From a virus: a stretch of DNA of 64,000 bases. The notes beneath the pieces were generated by a model that worked only from the letters and a program-made list of their open reading frames with translations, was not told where the DNA came from and ran no database searches. Numbering within the stretch: the stretch's first letter is position 1; every line of letters starts with the position of its first letter. Of the stretch, positions 1 to 10,253 are shown one piece after another. The DNA lies in IMG/VR virus record IMGVR_UViG_3300021594_000960, positions 1-64,000 of that record; one strand, 5' to 3'. The position numbers and the translations under genes are program-made.

Positions 1-3
1 ACT

Positions 4-255
4 ATGAAAAAATTTTTCTCACAGTTGTTTAACGACAACAACGCAATCAATGAAAAAAGTGTCGTTGGATTTTTAGCATTTGTTATGATGACTGGGTTCG
101 CAATTGCGGACATCGTTACAGGTTCTTTAGGAAAAGACCTTGTAATTAACGAATTCATCTTTAATGCATTCCTATGGTTGGTTCTTGGTTCTTTTGGAAT
201 CGGGTCAATCGACAAATGGATTAACAAAGGAAAGTCTGACGTTACTGAAGAGTAA
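4..255 (+). CDS. small two-TM membrane protein (holin-like possible)
   Basis: 83 aa ORF with two hydrophobic segments and a charged C-terminus. Confidence 0.5.
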   Translation: MKKFFSQLFNDNNAINEKSVVGFLAFVMMTGFAIADIVTGSLGKDLVINEFIFNAFLWLVLGSFGIGSIDKWINKGKSDVTEE

Positions 256-262
256 ACTAACT

Positions 263-288
263 AATCCCCTCCAAAAGAGGGGATTTTT
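263..288 (+). terminator. intrinsic terminator
   Basis: AATCCCCTC/GAGGGGATT stem followed by T-tract. Confidence 0.75.
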
Positions 289-312
289 ATTTTATTTTGG
301 TATTTATTACTG

Positions 313-1473
313 ATGAAAAGTTCTATTCGAAAATTTTTACAGGAGCAAGAGGAAAAATACGACACATATGAAATGCTAAGGAATTATCAGGGACCTGATA
401 TAACCTTGCAGGACATTGGTCGTAAACTAAGAGTTTTCGGAAAAATTACAAAGGCGGAATATAATAAGGCGGTATCACAATTTAAAAAGGAATACTACGC
501 AACATCAATTTTGGATTCTATAAGAACCAACCAAAAAATTCATGATTTGATTAAGGATTTAGGTACAAAAACATACAACGACCTAATCAGGAGTAGCAAA
601 AGAATCATGCTAAACAACAACAAAAACATCAAAGTTGGTCAACCTGAAAGGAGTTGGATTCTGCAAAACGTTAGAGACTTAGTGTTCTTCAAAAATAACA
701 TTGAAGACACAGGAAAAAAATTTGATTTTCCAGATAGAGAGTACAAATCTACAATCACGAATGAATGTAATAAGTTGATTAGACAATTAGGTGCTAGAGA
801 TTTTTTTGGATTTATAGAAAAAGACGACTGGTCAATACTCAATAGAATTAATACCAACTATACAAATTGGATAAAGTTAATTGCAAAGAGCGACGTAGAA
901 GGGGAGTTAGAAGGGCGAACAGTTACAGAAAAAGTAAAAAACTACTTCAAAGAAAAACCTATTGAAACTATAGTTGATTTATCTGGTTATGGCCCACAGC
1001 AAAGGGATTTGATAAAACTAAAAGTCCCTGAATTGAGCTTAGCCGACAGAGATGTTCTCTCTTTACTAATAAGTGCGGATGATTCAGAATCCGATTACGA
1101 TTATAGAAGAATGTTGGAAAGAATTAAAAAGACTACAGAAAAAGGTGAATCCGCTGAAAGGGACTTCATTAGTGATTTGTTGTATAACGGTATTCCAAGA
1201 GAAAATATTAGAATTTTTTCTTCATATGGAAACCTTGTTGATATCACATTCCAATGTGATTTGATGGTCAAATTTGAAGACAAATGGGTACCAATCCAAA
1301 TAAAGAGTTCACAAGCCAAATACTCAAAATTATTATCTTATGATATCGGTGGCATCTTAGTCTATCCCGCAGAGAAAAAAAGAGACTGTGGAAATTGGGT
1401 CTACGATACAGGGAAAGGTTTACCAAAATCTTTTGATGAAGATTTTCTTGGTTTGAATTGTGAAACTGAGTAA
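313..1473 (+). CDS. hypothetical protein with C-terminal PD-(D/E)xK nuclease-like motif
   Basis: 386 aa; GESAE...D...CDLMVK...PIQIKS resembles a restriction-endonuclease-fold active site; TATTTAT motif upstream. Confidence 0.5.
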   Translation: MKSSIRKFLQEQEEKYDTYEMLRNYQGPDITLQDIGRKLRVFGKITKAEYNKAVSQFKKEYYATSILDSIRTNQKIHDLIKDLGTKTYNDLIRSSKRIMLNNNKNIKVGQPERSWILQNVRDLVFFKNNIEDTGKKFDFPDREYKSTITNECNKLIRQLGARDFFGFIEKDDWSILNRINTNYTNWIKLIAKSDVEGELEGRTVTEKVKNYFKEKPIETIVDLSGYGPQQRDLIKLKVPELSLADRDVLSLLISADDSESDYDYRRMLERIKKTTEKGESAERDFISDLLYNGIPRENIRIFSSYGNLVDITFQCDLMVKFEDKWVPIQIKSSQAKYSKLLSYDIGGILVYPAEKKRDCGNWVYDTGKGLPKSFDEDFLGLNCETE

Positions 1474-1482
1474 TTTTGTACT

Positions 1483-1701
1483 ATGCCTTTCGAGAAAAAA
1501 CCTGAGCCCAAACCCACAAAATACGAATACGTATTTGAAGACGACGAGTGTATCTCGATTTGGAAATATAACTCCAAAATTACGACAAACGGTCCTGTCG
1601 AGGTAGAATATAAATATAAAAGGGGTTACGTTCATCCTGGTTCCAAGAAAAAAACCTTAGGGGAACTTGCAAAAGAGGCTAAGAAGAAAGTTTCTGATTA
1701 A
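1483..1701 (+). CDS. hypothetical protein
   Basis: 72 aa ORF in tandem with upstream gene. Confidence 0.6.
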   Translation: MPFEKKPEPKPTKYEYVFEDDECISIWKYNSKITTNGPVEVEYKYKRGYVHPGSKKKTLGELAKEAKKKVSD

Positions 1702-2296
1702 TCAAATTCCTGAGTTTCAATAGAGTATCTCTATCTAAGTTGTCCAACAAATCCTTAGTGTTTTCCACAACTAATTTATCTAAAATTGGTACTTTGTTTT
1801 CGTTTAGTTCATTTACGTAAGTTATATCAAAATTGTCTGGCTCAAAGTTGTCTGATTCATGCTCTAAATAATGTCCTTCATAGTAGTCAAAATTACCCTC
1901 GTTGTAACTGTATCTTAGCGAATCTTTCACCCAATCCTTATAATAAGATTTCCAAGTGGTTTTATATTTTTCGGTCAAAGTCGCTGAGCCCCAAATTTCG
2001 TAGTAAGCAGTATATTTTTTCTTTTTTGGAATTGAAAGTGCTTCTATTGCTTCTGAGCTTGTTAGTTCATTGTGTATTGAACTAAGTATTATCTTGAGAT
2101 TTTCCAAAATGAATGCGGCAATAAATTCCATGTCGTCTTCATCGAATTTTTCTCCAATCCAAGCCCCGCTAGTATTTAATTTTTTCATATTATCATGTTC
2201 ATAGTCCCAAGGATTTCTATATTCGAATTCATCTTCAATGAGTTGTTTTGATAATACAAGTAAAACTTTTAATGGTTGATTAGATAGCACGCTCAT
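1679..2296 (-). CDS. hypothetical protein
   Basis: 205 aa acidic ORF; TATTTAT upstream on minus strand. Confidence 0.7.
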   Translation of the reverse strand: MSVLSNQPLKVLLVLSKQLIEDEFEYRNPWDYEHDNMKKLNTSGAWIGEKFDEDDMEFIAAFILENLKIILSSIHNELTSSEAIEALSIPKKKKYTAYYEIWGSATLTEKYKTTWKSYYKDWVKDSLRYSYNEGNFDYYEGHYLEHESDNFEPDNFDITYVNELNENKVPILDKLVVENTKDLLDNLDRDTLLKLRNLINQKLSS

Positions 2297-2308
2297 GTTT
2301 ATAAATAC

Positions 2309-2339
2309 AAAAAAAGGTGAGAATTAACTCACCTTTTTT
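2309..2339. terminator. bidirectional-type intrinsic terminator
   Basis: AAAAAGGTGAG/CTCACCTTTTT inverted repeat. Confidence 0.75.
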
Positions 2340-2697
2340 AATCATTCAGTTTTTGCTCGAAGGATTTGAGTACTCCAATTATGTTATCTCTACCAACAGG
2401 GTTAGCTGAGTGAACATTATAAGTCGGAATTGGAATCCCATTTGTCCAACAGTAGTTACACAACCATTTTGCACAATCGTAACCCGTTTTGATATCTTCA
2501 CCCAAATCATGGTCAAATGATATTTCATCAGGAAGACCATTTTCTTCAATGTGTTTAACGAATTCCTCGTAATTTCTTACAATAGTCCAACCCTTAGTCT
2601 TTGGATTTCTTACGTCGTCCAAGTACAACTTCGGCAATTGGATTATTTTTTTGTTCTCTTTCATAATCTTTTTCTCCAACAACTTGATAGGCTTCAA
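2338..2697 (-). CDS. cyclic-phosphate processing receiver-domain protein
   Basis: LYLDDVR...ISFDHDLG...GYDCAKWL...VHSANPVG motifs; true start may be an internal Met. Confidence 0.75.
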   Translation of the reverse strand: MKPIKLLEKKIMKENKKIIQLPKLYLDDVRNPKTKGWTIVRNYEEFVKHIEENGLPDEISFDHDLGEDIKTGYDCAKWLCNYCWTNGIPIPTYNVHSANPVGRDNIIGVLKSFEQKLND

Positions 2698-2863
2698 GTA
2701 GAGCCCACTGTGCTGAATTTATTAATTTTTTTACTTTCTTAATTCTTTTGGTTATCGGATGACCCACCAAATGAGATTCAATCATACATGTTTGTACGTG
2801 TAATCTATCCATTAATTCTAAATAATGTCCATCATTAATCTTCATTTTCAGTAATTTTTGCAA
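2594..2863 (-). CDS. hypothetical protein
   Basis: 89 aa ORF in minus-strand run. Confidence 0.55.
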   Translation of the reverse strand: MQKLLKMKINDGHYLELMDRLHVQTCMIESHLVGHPITKRIKKVKKLINSAQWALLEAYQVVGEKDYEREQKNNPIAEVVLGRRKKSKD

Positions 2864-3317
2864 TTATTGAATCGTTATGTTCTATAATCATGGTATGAAT
2901 ACTACCCGTACCAAAATTTAATTCAGAATCTGTAATTTCAGAATCCCAATAAAGGTCAATAGGACTGAATTCTGACTCTTCTTCTTCAGTCAAGGGTTCG
3001 TCCCACTCAACATTAGTTACGTCAACATCGCCGTCCGTAGAGGTCTCTATAGACAAATCAGGGAAGTCAAGGTCTTGCATTTCAGTTAAGTCTTTGGATT
3101 CTAAAAGTTCGATTAGTTCGGAGACGTTAAATTGTTCACAAACTAAGTTAGCTCCTCTCCAAGTAGTTTCGGAATCACAAGAAAACTGTTTATCGAATTT
3201 GGAACCATTGTGGTAACAAATTTCGAGTAGCGACTTTCTATAAAGGTCAATGCTGACTTTTACGTAATCATCAGGATTCAACTTTTTGAGTTCTGAAATT
3301 ACAGATTCATTTTTCAT
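2835..3317 (-). CDS. hypothetical acidic protein
   Basis: 160 aa ORF overlapping neighbours as in an operon. Confidence 0.65.
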   Translation of the reverse strand: MKNESVISELKKLNPDDYVKVSIDLYRKSLLEICYHNGSKFDKQFSCDSETTWRGANLVCEQFNVSELIELLESKDLTEMQDLDFPDLSIETSTDGDVDVTNVEWDEPLTEEEESEFSPIDLYWDSEITDSELNFGTGSIHTMIIEHNDSIIAKITENED

Positions 3318-3997
3318 GGGTAATCAATTTGTTTTGTTTCGGTATCAAATAAAATGGTTATAGGTTTGTTTTCATGTGTGTATCTCTCACCTAAGACTGA
3401 TGCGTTGATGAATTCTACCCCATTAAAACTTTTCTGACCGTAAGCACAGTGTATGTGACCACATACGTGTATTTTGGGTTGGATATCCATAATTCTTTGA
3501 AACAAATCCTCACAACCTACTCTTTGACCATTTGGAACCCAATCCAACATTCCATGTGCTGGTCCATGAGTTATCAAAATATCAGTGTTACCAGGAATCA
3601 TTGCCCACTTCTCTGCGAGTTTTTCTCCTCTTGGTAGATTGAATGCCCAATTGAAAAATTCAGGTTGCCAAGGACTACCGTAAAACTTTACACCATCGAT
3701 TTCGATACCATTATCGAAAAGGTAATGAACTCCTTTTTCTTTATATTCAGGGGCAATATCACTCACCAACTCAAAACCCCAATCGTGGTTACCAGCAATG
3801 AAGATTTTGTGAGTGTAGTCAACATTAGAAAACCAATCCAAGAAACTTTTGATTTCCCCTGTTTTACCCATCATACTGATATCACCCGCGTGTACAAGAA
3901 CATCACCACTACCTAAAATGTTATTATAGGCCTTGGAGGTCAAATACTCGTGTTTGTTATGAGTATCACTAATGAATGTTATTTTTATCGTCTTCAT
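3314..3997 (-). CDS. calcineurin-like metallophosphoesterase
   Basis: SDTH, HAGD, GNHD, THGP and GHIH motifs. Confidence 0.9.
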   Translation of the reverse strand: MKTIKITFISDTHNKHEYLTSKAYNNILGSGDVLVHAGDISMMGKTGEIKSFLDWFSNVDYTHKIFIAGNHDWGFELVSDIAPEYKEKGVHYLFDNGIEIDGVKFYGSPWQPEFFNWAFNLPRGEKLAEKWAMIPGNTDILITHGPAHGMLDWVPNGQRVGCEDLFQRIMDIQPKIHVCGHIHCAYGQKSFNGVEFINASVLGERYTHENKPITILFDTETKQIDYP

Positions 3998-4154
3998 CTT
4001 TATCCCAATTTAGAAAATCATCTCCTTTATAGTCAGGGTGATTTTTGTGCATGTTATCAATTCCTTGAACCCAAAGGTAGGATATAATTGCGACAACTAT
4101 GAACATTACTAAAAAAACTATCCACATATTTTTTAAATTTTTTAATCCCACCAA
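3969..4154 (-). CDS. small membrane protein
   Basis: single TM helix. Confidence 0.55.
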   Translation of the reverse strand: MVGLKNLKNMWIVFLVMFIVVAIISYLWVQGIDNMHKNHPDYKGDDFLNWDKDEDDKNNIH

Positions 4155-4744
4155 TTTTTTATACCTGAACCATCAAACCAATTTTCCCAATGAGAATGCT
4201 CCCATTTTTCTTCGTCGGATAGTTTATCGTAAATTTTTATGAATTCTTGATGGTCTTGTCCTTTGAGAATTGACCATAATTCATCCCATTCCTTCTTTTC
4301 GAGCTCAGTTGATAAATCGAAAACCTTTCTGTTATGTTCTTTTTCTTCAGGAGTATCTTCTATGTCGTCGAACCAACCACCACTATTTTTCAACTCACCC
4401 AATTCCTTTTCCGCTAATGAAATATAATTTGATTCATCCAAATTTCTTATAATTTCAATAACTCTTTTCATTTTAGCAACTTTCTTCATCCTTGATACTT
4501 CTACCTCGTTACCATGAAATTCAAGTGTGTTAGCACTTTTTTCCAATGAACGTGCAAGAAGACTTAAATTGAAAGTATAGTCCCATGACCTAAATCTCCA
4601 AAGTTCTTTTCTGAAATACCAAAGGTTTTCCAAGAACATAGGTATTTTATAACGAAAAACTTCGTAAGTTTTGTACCACCAAGTTTGGTGTCTTGCCAAC
4701 CTTTTGAGTGATTTCCAAAAACTATCTGCAAATGTTACTTTCAT
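4142..4744 (-). CDS. hypothetical phage protein
   Basis: 200 aa Trp-rich ORF ending in WWD. Confidence 0.7.
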   Translation of the reverse strand: MKVTFADSFWKSLKRLARHQTWWYKTYEVFRYKIPMFLENLWYFRKELWRFRSWDYTFNLSLLARSLEKSANTLEFHGNEVEVSRMKKVAKMKRVIEIIRNLDESNYISLAEKELGELKNSGGWFDDIEDTPEEKEHNRKVFDLSTELEKKEWDELWSILKGQDHQEFIKIYDKLSDEEKWEHSHWENWFDGSGIKNWWD

Positions 4745-4863
4745 CTTGAATTTTTTATAATTTCCATAATTTCTCTTGTTAGAGAACCTGCTGTCTTCGT
4801 ACCATCATTTGACCATTTTATGATGGCGTTTTCAATTTGTTGATATAATAATAGAGATTCCAT
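4741..4863 (-). CDS. small hypothetical protein (MESLLYYQQIENAIIKWSNDGTKTAGSLTREIMEIIKNSR)
   Basis: 40 aa ORF read manually; ATGA overlap with next gene; TACATTTG promoter-like element upstream. Confidence 0.55.
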   Translation of the reverse strand: MESLLLYQQIENAIIKWSNDGTKTAGSLTREIMEIIKNSR

Positions 4864-4879
4864 AATGCAAATGTAATAA

Positions 4880-4960
4880 AAAAATAAGACCCGACAAATT
4901 AATTTGACGGGTCTTTTGGAAAAGGGATATATGAGAACACTCTGAAGAGTGATGTAGAGA
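4880..4960 (-). ncRNA. candidate small RNA ending in a terminator
   Basis: ATATTTAT motif, CACTC-TTCA-GAGTG hairpin, CU-rich stretch, AAGACCCG/CGGGTCTT terminator with T-tract; no ORF on this strand. Confidence 0.35.
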
Positions 4961-5002
4961 TAAATATATCAAAAAAATAAAAAAAATCTTTATTTGATAC
5001 GT

Positions 5003-5254
5003 CTAAGGACAAAAAAAGTTAGCTTCTTTGTTTTTATATATCGACCAAAAAACCCCTTTTAATTGAGATTTTTCTTTACACCTAGGTTCACAACTATGCT
5101 TGAGGTCCCAAAGTAAAAAACATTTGAGAGCCACATCGAGTTGGTCTTTGGTTTTTACCGAGTTAACAATTTTGATAACCCAATTGAGTTCTGTATTTAC
5201 CGTTGTTTCTTTCACTTCGAGTTCCATAGTTATAATTTTGGTCAAAGATACCAA
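5003..5254 (-). CDS. hypothetical protein
   Basis: 83 aa ORF (probable start at internal MELEVK). Confidence 0.55.
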   Translation of the reverse strand: MVSLTKIITMELEVKETTVNTELNWVIKIVNSVKTKDQLDVALKCFLLWDLKHSCEPRCKEKSQLKGVFWSIYKNKEANFFCP

Positions 5255-5276
5255 ACAAAGGTAAAATAACCAAAAA

Positions 5277-6119
5277 CTAAGATAATAATTTATAATATTC
5301 TTTAAAATGCTTTAATCTATCAGGAAGACCGATAGTACCTCCGTTAACACATTTTGTTACAGATGTAACTGTTGCATCAGACGCATCCACACATCTTTTC
5401 AAACAGTTTTTACTGAAAAACCAAGCTGCGGATAATAAAGGATATTTTGTTGCTACCAAATCAGGGTTTGAAACCACATCCTCATTAATTGCCTTACCAA
5501 ATGCGGTATAGTTGTCTTTACCTGTTAATTGAATATAACCTCTACCTCTGAATTTAAATCCTTCACCTGTAGATTCAGGACCATTACCCATTCTACCACC
5601 GTAAACTCTACTTGCAATCTTTTGTGGATTTCTTTGATATGATTCAGCTAAACCAGCTTCTTTAAAATATTTTCCGAAGATTCCTTTCAAACCACTAGCA
5701 GAATAATTTAGATTCTCGTTAACCACTTTGAATCCACCACTTTCATGTCCACATTGTGCCAAAAAGTGTGCCAATTTTAAAGGAGTATCAATACCAAACT
5801 TTGAAGCGGTATCAGGAATTTGAGAAATAACATTATCAGGAATGTGACCTTTTAAATTTTCTAATTTGAGGGTTCCACTTGATACTACAGGTTGTGATAC
5901 CTGAGTAACCTTTGCTGGTTCGGTAATTAGAACCGCCTGACCCATGATTTTTTGCCAAGTCTGTTCACCAACTATTCCATCAGGTGTTAACCCATTTTTT
6001 AATTGAAAAGATTTAATTGCTTCCTCGGTTCCTTTACCAAAAATACCATCAGAACCTAAACCTAACTTTGATTGGAGTTTTTTTACGTCTTCTCCTCTAG
6101 ACCCAACTTTTAGTAGCAT
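5277..6119 (-). CDS. endolysin: peptidoglycan-binding domain plus glycoside hydrolase family 19
   Basis: N-terminal LKVGSRGEDVKKLQ...DGIFG...DGIVG; C-terminal AHFLAQCGHES, ENLNYS, FRGRGYIQLTGKDNY. Confidence 0.92.
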   Translation of the reverse strand: MLLKVGSRGEDVKKLQSKLGLGSDGIFGKGTEEAIKSFQLKNGLTPDGIVGEQTWQKIMGQAVLITEPAKVTQVSQPVVSSGTLKLENLKGHIPDNVISQIPDTASKFGIDTPLKLAHFLAQCGHESGGFKVVNENLNYSASGLKGIFGKYFKEAGLAESYQRNPQKIASRVYGGRMGNGPESTGEGFKFRGRGYIQLTGKDNYTAFGKAINEDVVSNPDLVATKYPLLSAAWFFSKNCLKRCVDASDATVTSVTKCVNGGTIGLPDRLKHFKEYYKLLS

Positions 6120-6147
6120 AGTAATTTACGTTTAATATAAATACTTT

Positions 6148-7587
6148 CTACTGTGAAGAATGGGACAGGTTAACATCACCCAAAACACAATATTTGATGT
6201 TTTGAGTTAGACTTGTTGTAACAAAATTGAGTGTAAATGATGTTACAGGACTAATAGTTCCAAAATTATTTTTATTAATCAAATCGTAATTTGAAGATGT
6301 AAACCAAAGTACTTCTGTAATTGGCATAAACCCTGTTATGTGTGAGGCGATTAAGTAAGCATCCCCAAAATCTAAAGTCCCGTTTTTATTTACATCAGAT
6401 GCTTTCCATTGTTTTGTACCCGTTAGAATCAAACCTGTTGGTGTTACAGGTGGTGTAGAAATGTTTTTTGTTTCGTCAAAAACAAGATTGAAATCTTGAG
6501 ATGTAACACCAATAACGGGGAACGACGGAACTAACTTGTATGTTGAGTTTTGAAAAGGAACACTGAAGGTGAAAAATCCACTTGATGTTACGGTCTTGGT
6601 TTCGATAAAGTTGTCCACACCATTAACAACTCTAAATAAAGAAATTGATGGATATGATGATAATGTTGGAACTGATATTGTTCCTGAAATTGACCCTAAA
6701 GATACTTGGTTAGTTACGTTAGCACTATAAAAATCAGTGAATGTTTGTTGTTCAGGGTTTGTCCATGTACCAAACTCTATTACATAGGGATTAGACCAAT
6801 TTACGTTACCTGGTAAGTCGTTCCAACAACTACCACCACCCCATTTCGTAACGGCAAAATCTTCATCACCTGAATTGTTTGGTTCACCATTACACCAGTT
6901 ATTATATTGGCCTGCAATATTTCCTGCAGTTTGACCGTTTTGGGTTTTAATCAATGTACCATTTTCAGGACCAGCATCTACTCTCCAAAAACCTTCTTGA
7001 GCTCTATCCGTAAGTGCAAACCAAATATTACTTTGTGGTACATTTGATATAATAAATGCTTCCTCGTTGGCTGAAGTTATTGTTACAAGATATCCTGTTT
7101 GTCCTTTGAATGTTTGTGCAACTGAAAGTGCTTTTGCATTATCATATGTTGCTGTTGTAGATATTGGCCTATAGAAGTGGCCATTTATTGGATTATAGTA
7201 ATATCCTACGGGGTTTACTGTTGCAGATACGGATATCTGAACATTACCCAGTGTTCCACCTGTATTAACCTTCAGAGAGGCTAAAGCGTTATTGATATTT
7301 GCCATGGTACCAGTAAATGCTATACGAGTAATGTTATTCCACGTATTATACCCTGTCGCAAAGGAAAGTCCTGAGGTTGTTGTGAGACTAAAAGTAGTAC
7401 CAGCGGGAGGATTAACAAATCCAACCGACGCCAGTAATGTTGTTGATGAGTTGAATCCGTTTAATACAAACCCACTTCCGTCCTGATTTGATGTATTAAA
7501 TTGATATATCCTTGATGGTGGAGAAGTTATACTTTGTCCAAACAAAAATAACGGAAAAAAAAATAATATTAGTATTAGATACCTCAT
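6148..7587 (-). CDS. secreted protein with C-type lectin-like domain and dockerin-like motif
   Basis: signal peptide; GYLVTITSANE, WCNGEPNN, WNDL (CTLD-like); SDVNKNGTLDFGDA EF-hand-like motif. Confidence 0.7.
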   Translation of the reverse strand: MRYLILILFFFPLFLFGQSITSPPSRIYQFNTSNQDGSGFVLNGFNSSTTLLASVGFVNPPAGTTFSLTTTSGLSFATGYNTWNNITRIAFTGTMANINNALASLKVNTGGTLGNVQISVSATVNPVGYYYNPINGHFYRPISTTATYDNAKALSVAQTFKGQTGYLVTITSANEEAFIISNVPQSNIWFALTDRAQEGFWRVDAGPENGTLIKTQNGQTAGNIAGQYNNWCNGEPNNSGDEDFAVTKWGGGSCWNDLPGNVNWSNPYVIEFGTWTNPEQQTFTDFYSANVTNQVSLGSISGTISVPTLSSYPSISLFRVVNGVDNFIETKTVTSSGFFTFSVPFQNSTYKLVPSFPVIGVTSQDFNLVFDETKNISTPPVTPTGLILTGTKQWKASDVNKNGTLDFGDAYLIASHITGFMPITEVLWFTSSNYDLINKNNFGTISPVTSFTLNFVTTSLTQNIKYCVLGDVNLSHSSQ

Positions 7588-8960
7588 AAATTAATTTTAC
7601 TACCGATTAAGAAAAACGAAAGAATTGGAAAATCAGGATTGGTACTCAAATTCGCCTTATAGTTCACGTTTACCTTAAATCTTCTTGTTAATTGATAATC
7701 AAAACCCGAACCTAAAAATCCGCTAAATGTTCTATCACCTACGGTTACTTTATCAAAAGATGAGTAAACAAGAGGAGTAGAAATTATATAAATTTCGGGA
7801 GATATTGTTAATTTTTTTCCTGACCTGAATGGTTTTGTATAAAAAGCGGTTATTGATGGACTTATGAATAGATTTTTTTCGTCGGTAACTTTTGTAATCA
7901 TGCCGCTTAAGTTCATTCCTGTAATACCCCACTTCCCTGCGTTTAGGATTGCACTGTAACCCACAAATCCCATGTAATTTCCGTAGCTATATAATGCAGT
8001 GGCATTGATATTATGAACCCATTTCAGTTTACCGTTGTTACTGAAGTGAATCTTGGTATAACGTCCATTCAGTGCAAATTGTTTTAGATTGAACCAAATC
8101 ATAGATGTTACACCCCAACTTGCAGTCCCCGTCATTGAAGTTTGAGACATTCCGACGTTGATAATTCCCGTAAATGATTTATCTAGATTCTGTGCACTTG
8201 TTAAATCTGAAGATACAACCACAGGATTATTCCTTGTTGACTTTGAATTACCCCCCTTTTCATTTCTGGCGTCAACGTTCATTTGTGTTGTTGTTGCTAC
8301 TTCAGAAGTTTCAGAGTTTTTATCTTTTGAATCAGATGAATTATTTGTTTGTTGAGAGTTTTGAAACCCTGTTTGATTAGATGAAGATGAGCTACTGACG
8401 CCGCCACCGACAGGATTATTATTGTTTTGAGAACTTTGAGAATTGTTTTGATTGCCTCCACCAGGTCCGTTAGTAGTCCCACCGCTCCCAACACTACCAC
8501 TATTAGAAGTGGAACCGCCATTAGGATTATTACGATTTCCATTTTTTAATTTATTTTTTGAGTTATCTGAAGATTTTGAGTTCTCTATAACCAAATTTCC
8601 TGCAGTTTCTGAAGCAATTGCACCTGCAATACTCGAAACCACATTACCTATTACTTGAGCCGTTATTTGATTTCTGATAACAGTTGTTGATTGAACAGAA
8701 CAAGGAGAAATTTTTCTGTAATCAGAATATAACTGATTAATCCAATTGGCAAATTCACCACTAGCTACATCTGCAGCGGTGAATGTTCTTGATTGACCAT
8801 AAAAATATATTACAGTACCCCCTTGAATAGGTATTGTAAATGTGGTTACAGATTTTGTGCAAGGGTCAACAAAAGATGTGGTCATAGTTTGACCATCAAC
8901 TTTCAAGCTGAGAAATAAGATAAAGAATATACTTAAAAAAGTTCTTAATCTTTTGCACAT
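7584..8960 (-). CDS. secreted protein with S/N/G-rich linker and C-terminal beta-barrel-like domain
   Basis: signal peptide; alternating hydrophobic strands ending in GSKINL. Confidence 0.6.
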   Translation of the reverse strand: MCKRLRTFLSIFFILFLSLKVDGQTMTTSFVDPCTKSVTTFTIPIQGGTVIYFYGQSRTFTAADVASGEFANWINQLYSDYRKISPCSVQSTTVIRNQITAQVIGNVVSSIAGAIASETAGNLVIENSKSSDNSKNKLKNGNRNNPNGGSTSNSGSVGSGGTTNGPGGGNQNNSQSSQNNNNPVGGGVSSSSSSNQTGFQNSQQTNNSSDSKDKNSETSEVATTTQMNVDARNEKGGNSKSTRNNPVVVSSDLTSAQNLDKSFTGIINVGMSQTSMTGTASWGVTSMIWFNLKQFALNGRYTKIHFSNNGKLKWVHNINATALYSYGNYMGFVGYSAILNAGKWGITGMNLSGMITKVTDEKNLFISPSITAFYTKPFRSGKKLTISPEIYIISTPLVYSSFDKVTVGDRTFSGFLGSGFDYQLTRRFKVNVNYKANLSTNPDFPILSFFLIGSKINL

Positions 8961-9712
8961 TATCTCGGGAATTTACCCTTTTTAATTAATCTAACGAGTA
9001 TTCTACCACAAGCAATATCAAGTGCTTTCTTTGTAGTTATACCGATAGTTGATTGATTGAATTTAACATCACTTAAATTATCATCATTAAGTAATGTTAA
9101 TTCTCTTACTGTTTTCGCTTCACCTAAACCTGATGCTGCCACAATTTCACCTGTCTCAGCATCTGTGAACCTTACTTGAAGTCCAAGTCTTGTATTAACT
9201 GTGTTTTTAACACCATCTTTGAGATTAACAGTCTCATCCTCTGATACTGAAAAATCATACACCTCAATTGTAACAAAATAGTGAGCAAGTCTAATCTTAC
9301 CTCTACCATCAAGTTTGTCTTGTGATATTCCTGCTTGAGATGCTTGGAATTGTTTAACCATTCTGTTTTTAATCTCGGTTTTGTCCTCAGTAAACGTGAA
9401 TCTATTGAGCTCAGAAAGATATTCTAACACAATGTTAGCAACACCAAGACCAACTTTTTTCTCTTTAAGTTCAGGATATTGTTCGTAAACCTCATCACTT
9501 ATACCAATTGTTAAAATTTGAATTGGGATTTGAGGTCCATCGTAATCCATAAGAGAATCAATGTTTATTTTGGTTTCAAAACTTGCTTTGTAAGATTCTG
9601 TTTTTGTTGTACCAACAGTTTGAGCAGTTACCCTTACCGCAAATAGAAACAACAAAGTGAACCATAAAATTGTAATGATGATTCCTTTTTGTGTTGTAGA
9701 TAATTTGTTCAT
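8960..9712 (-). CDS. CsgG-family (curli transport/FlgT-like) protein
   Basis: N-terminal TM/signal; GLGVANIVLEYL..NRF, LGLQVRFTDAETGEIV pattern. Confidence 0.65.
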   Translation of the reverse strand: MNKLSTTQKGIIITILWFTLLFLFAVRVTAQTVGTTKTESYKASFETKINIDSLMDYDGPQIPIQILTIGISDEVYEQYPELKEKKVGLGVANIVLEYLSELNRFTFTEDKTEIKNRMVKQFQASQAGISQDKLDGRGKIRLAHYFVTIEVYDFSVSEDETVNLKDGVKNTVNTRLGLQVRFTDAETGEIVAASGLGEAKTVRELTLLNDDNLSDVKFNQSTIGITTKKALDIACGRILVRLIKKGKFPR

Positions 9713-9713
9713 A

Positions 9714-10250
9714 TTAGTCTTGTTTTATTAAACCACATTTAAGACATTCTTCTTCACCATCACCATCTTTATCACCCCATACATGTTCACATTGACGATG
9801 TTCAAAATACATGTCGATTATACCATCACCATCTTCATCTATCCCATCCATTACACCATCACCATCTTCATCGATTTCTACACCGACTTGGGGGATGACT
9901 TGGGGGGTGACTTGGGGGGTAATTGATTGTTGCTGAGGTGATTGAACACTACCATCTTGGGTATTAGAAAACGATACACCATCTTCTTCGTCCATTTTCT
10001 GAACCAACATTTTGTCTTTGTCGGTGTCGCTGAACCAATAGTCGATAATTTTACCATAAGACCCAATAAACGCTCCTAGTAAAAGGAGTAATAATTCTTT
10101 CCATTCACCACTAATTGCGCTTTGTTCAAAGATGGCCATAAAAATGGCACCCATTATAACAACAAATCCACCCAAAACTAAGAAGGTAATCCACCACCTT
10201 CTTTTCATCATGGAGTTTAATAACTCTTTAAATCCTGTGTTTGGTTGCAT
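9714..10250 (-). CDS. membrane protein with Ca-binding DxDGDG repeats
   Basis: two TM helices; DEDGDG x2, DKDGDG; C-terminal Cys motif. Confidence 0.65.
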   Translation of the reverse strand: MQPNTGFKELLNSMMKRRWWITFLVLGGFVVIMGAIFMAIFEQSAISGEWKELLLLLLGAFIGSYGKIIDYWFSDTDKDKMLVQKMDEEDGVSFSNTQDGSVQSPQQQSITPQVTPQVIPQVGVEIDEDGDGVMDGIDEDGDGIIDMYFEHRQCEHVWGDKDGDGEEECLKCGLIKQD

Positions 10251-10253
10251 AAA

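Noticed and set aside
4931-4940. 10-nt match ATGAGAACAC to the start of leader peptide 2 (41192-41201)
   Set aside because: Too short to be significant in 64 kb.
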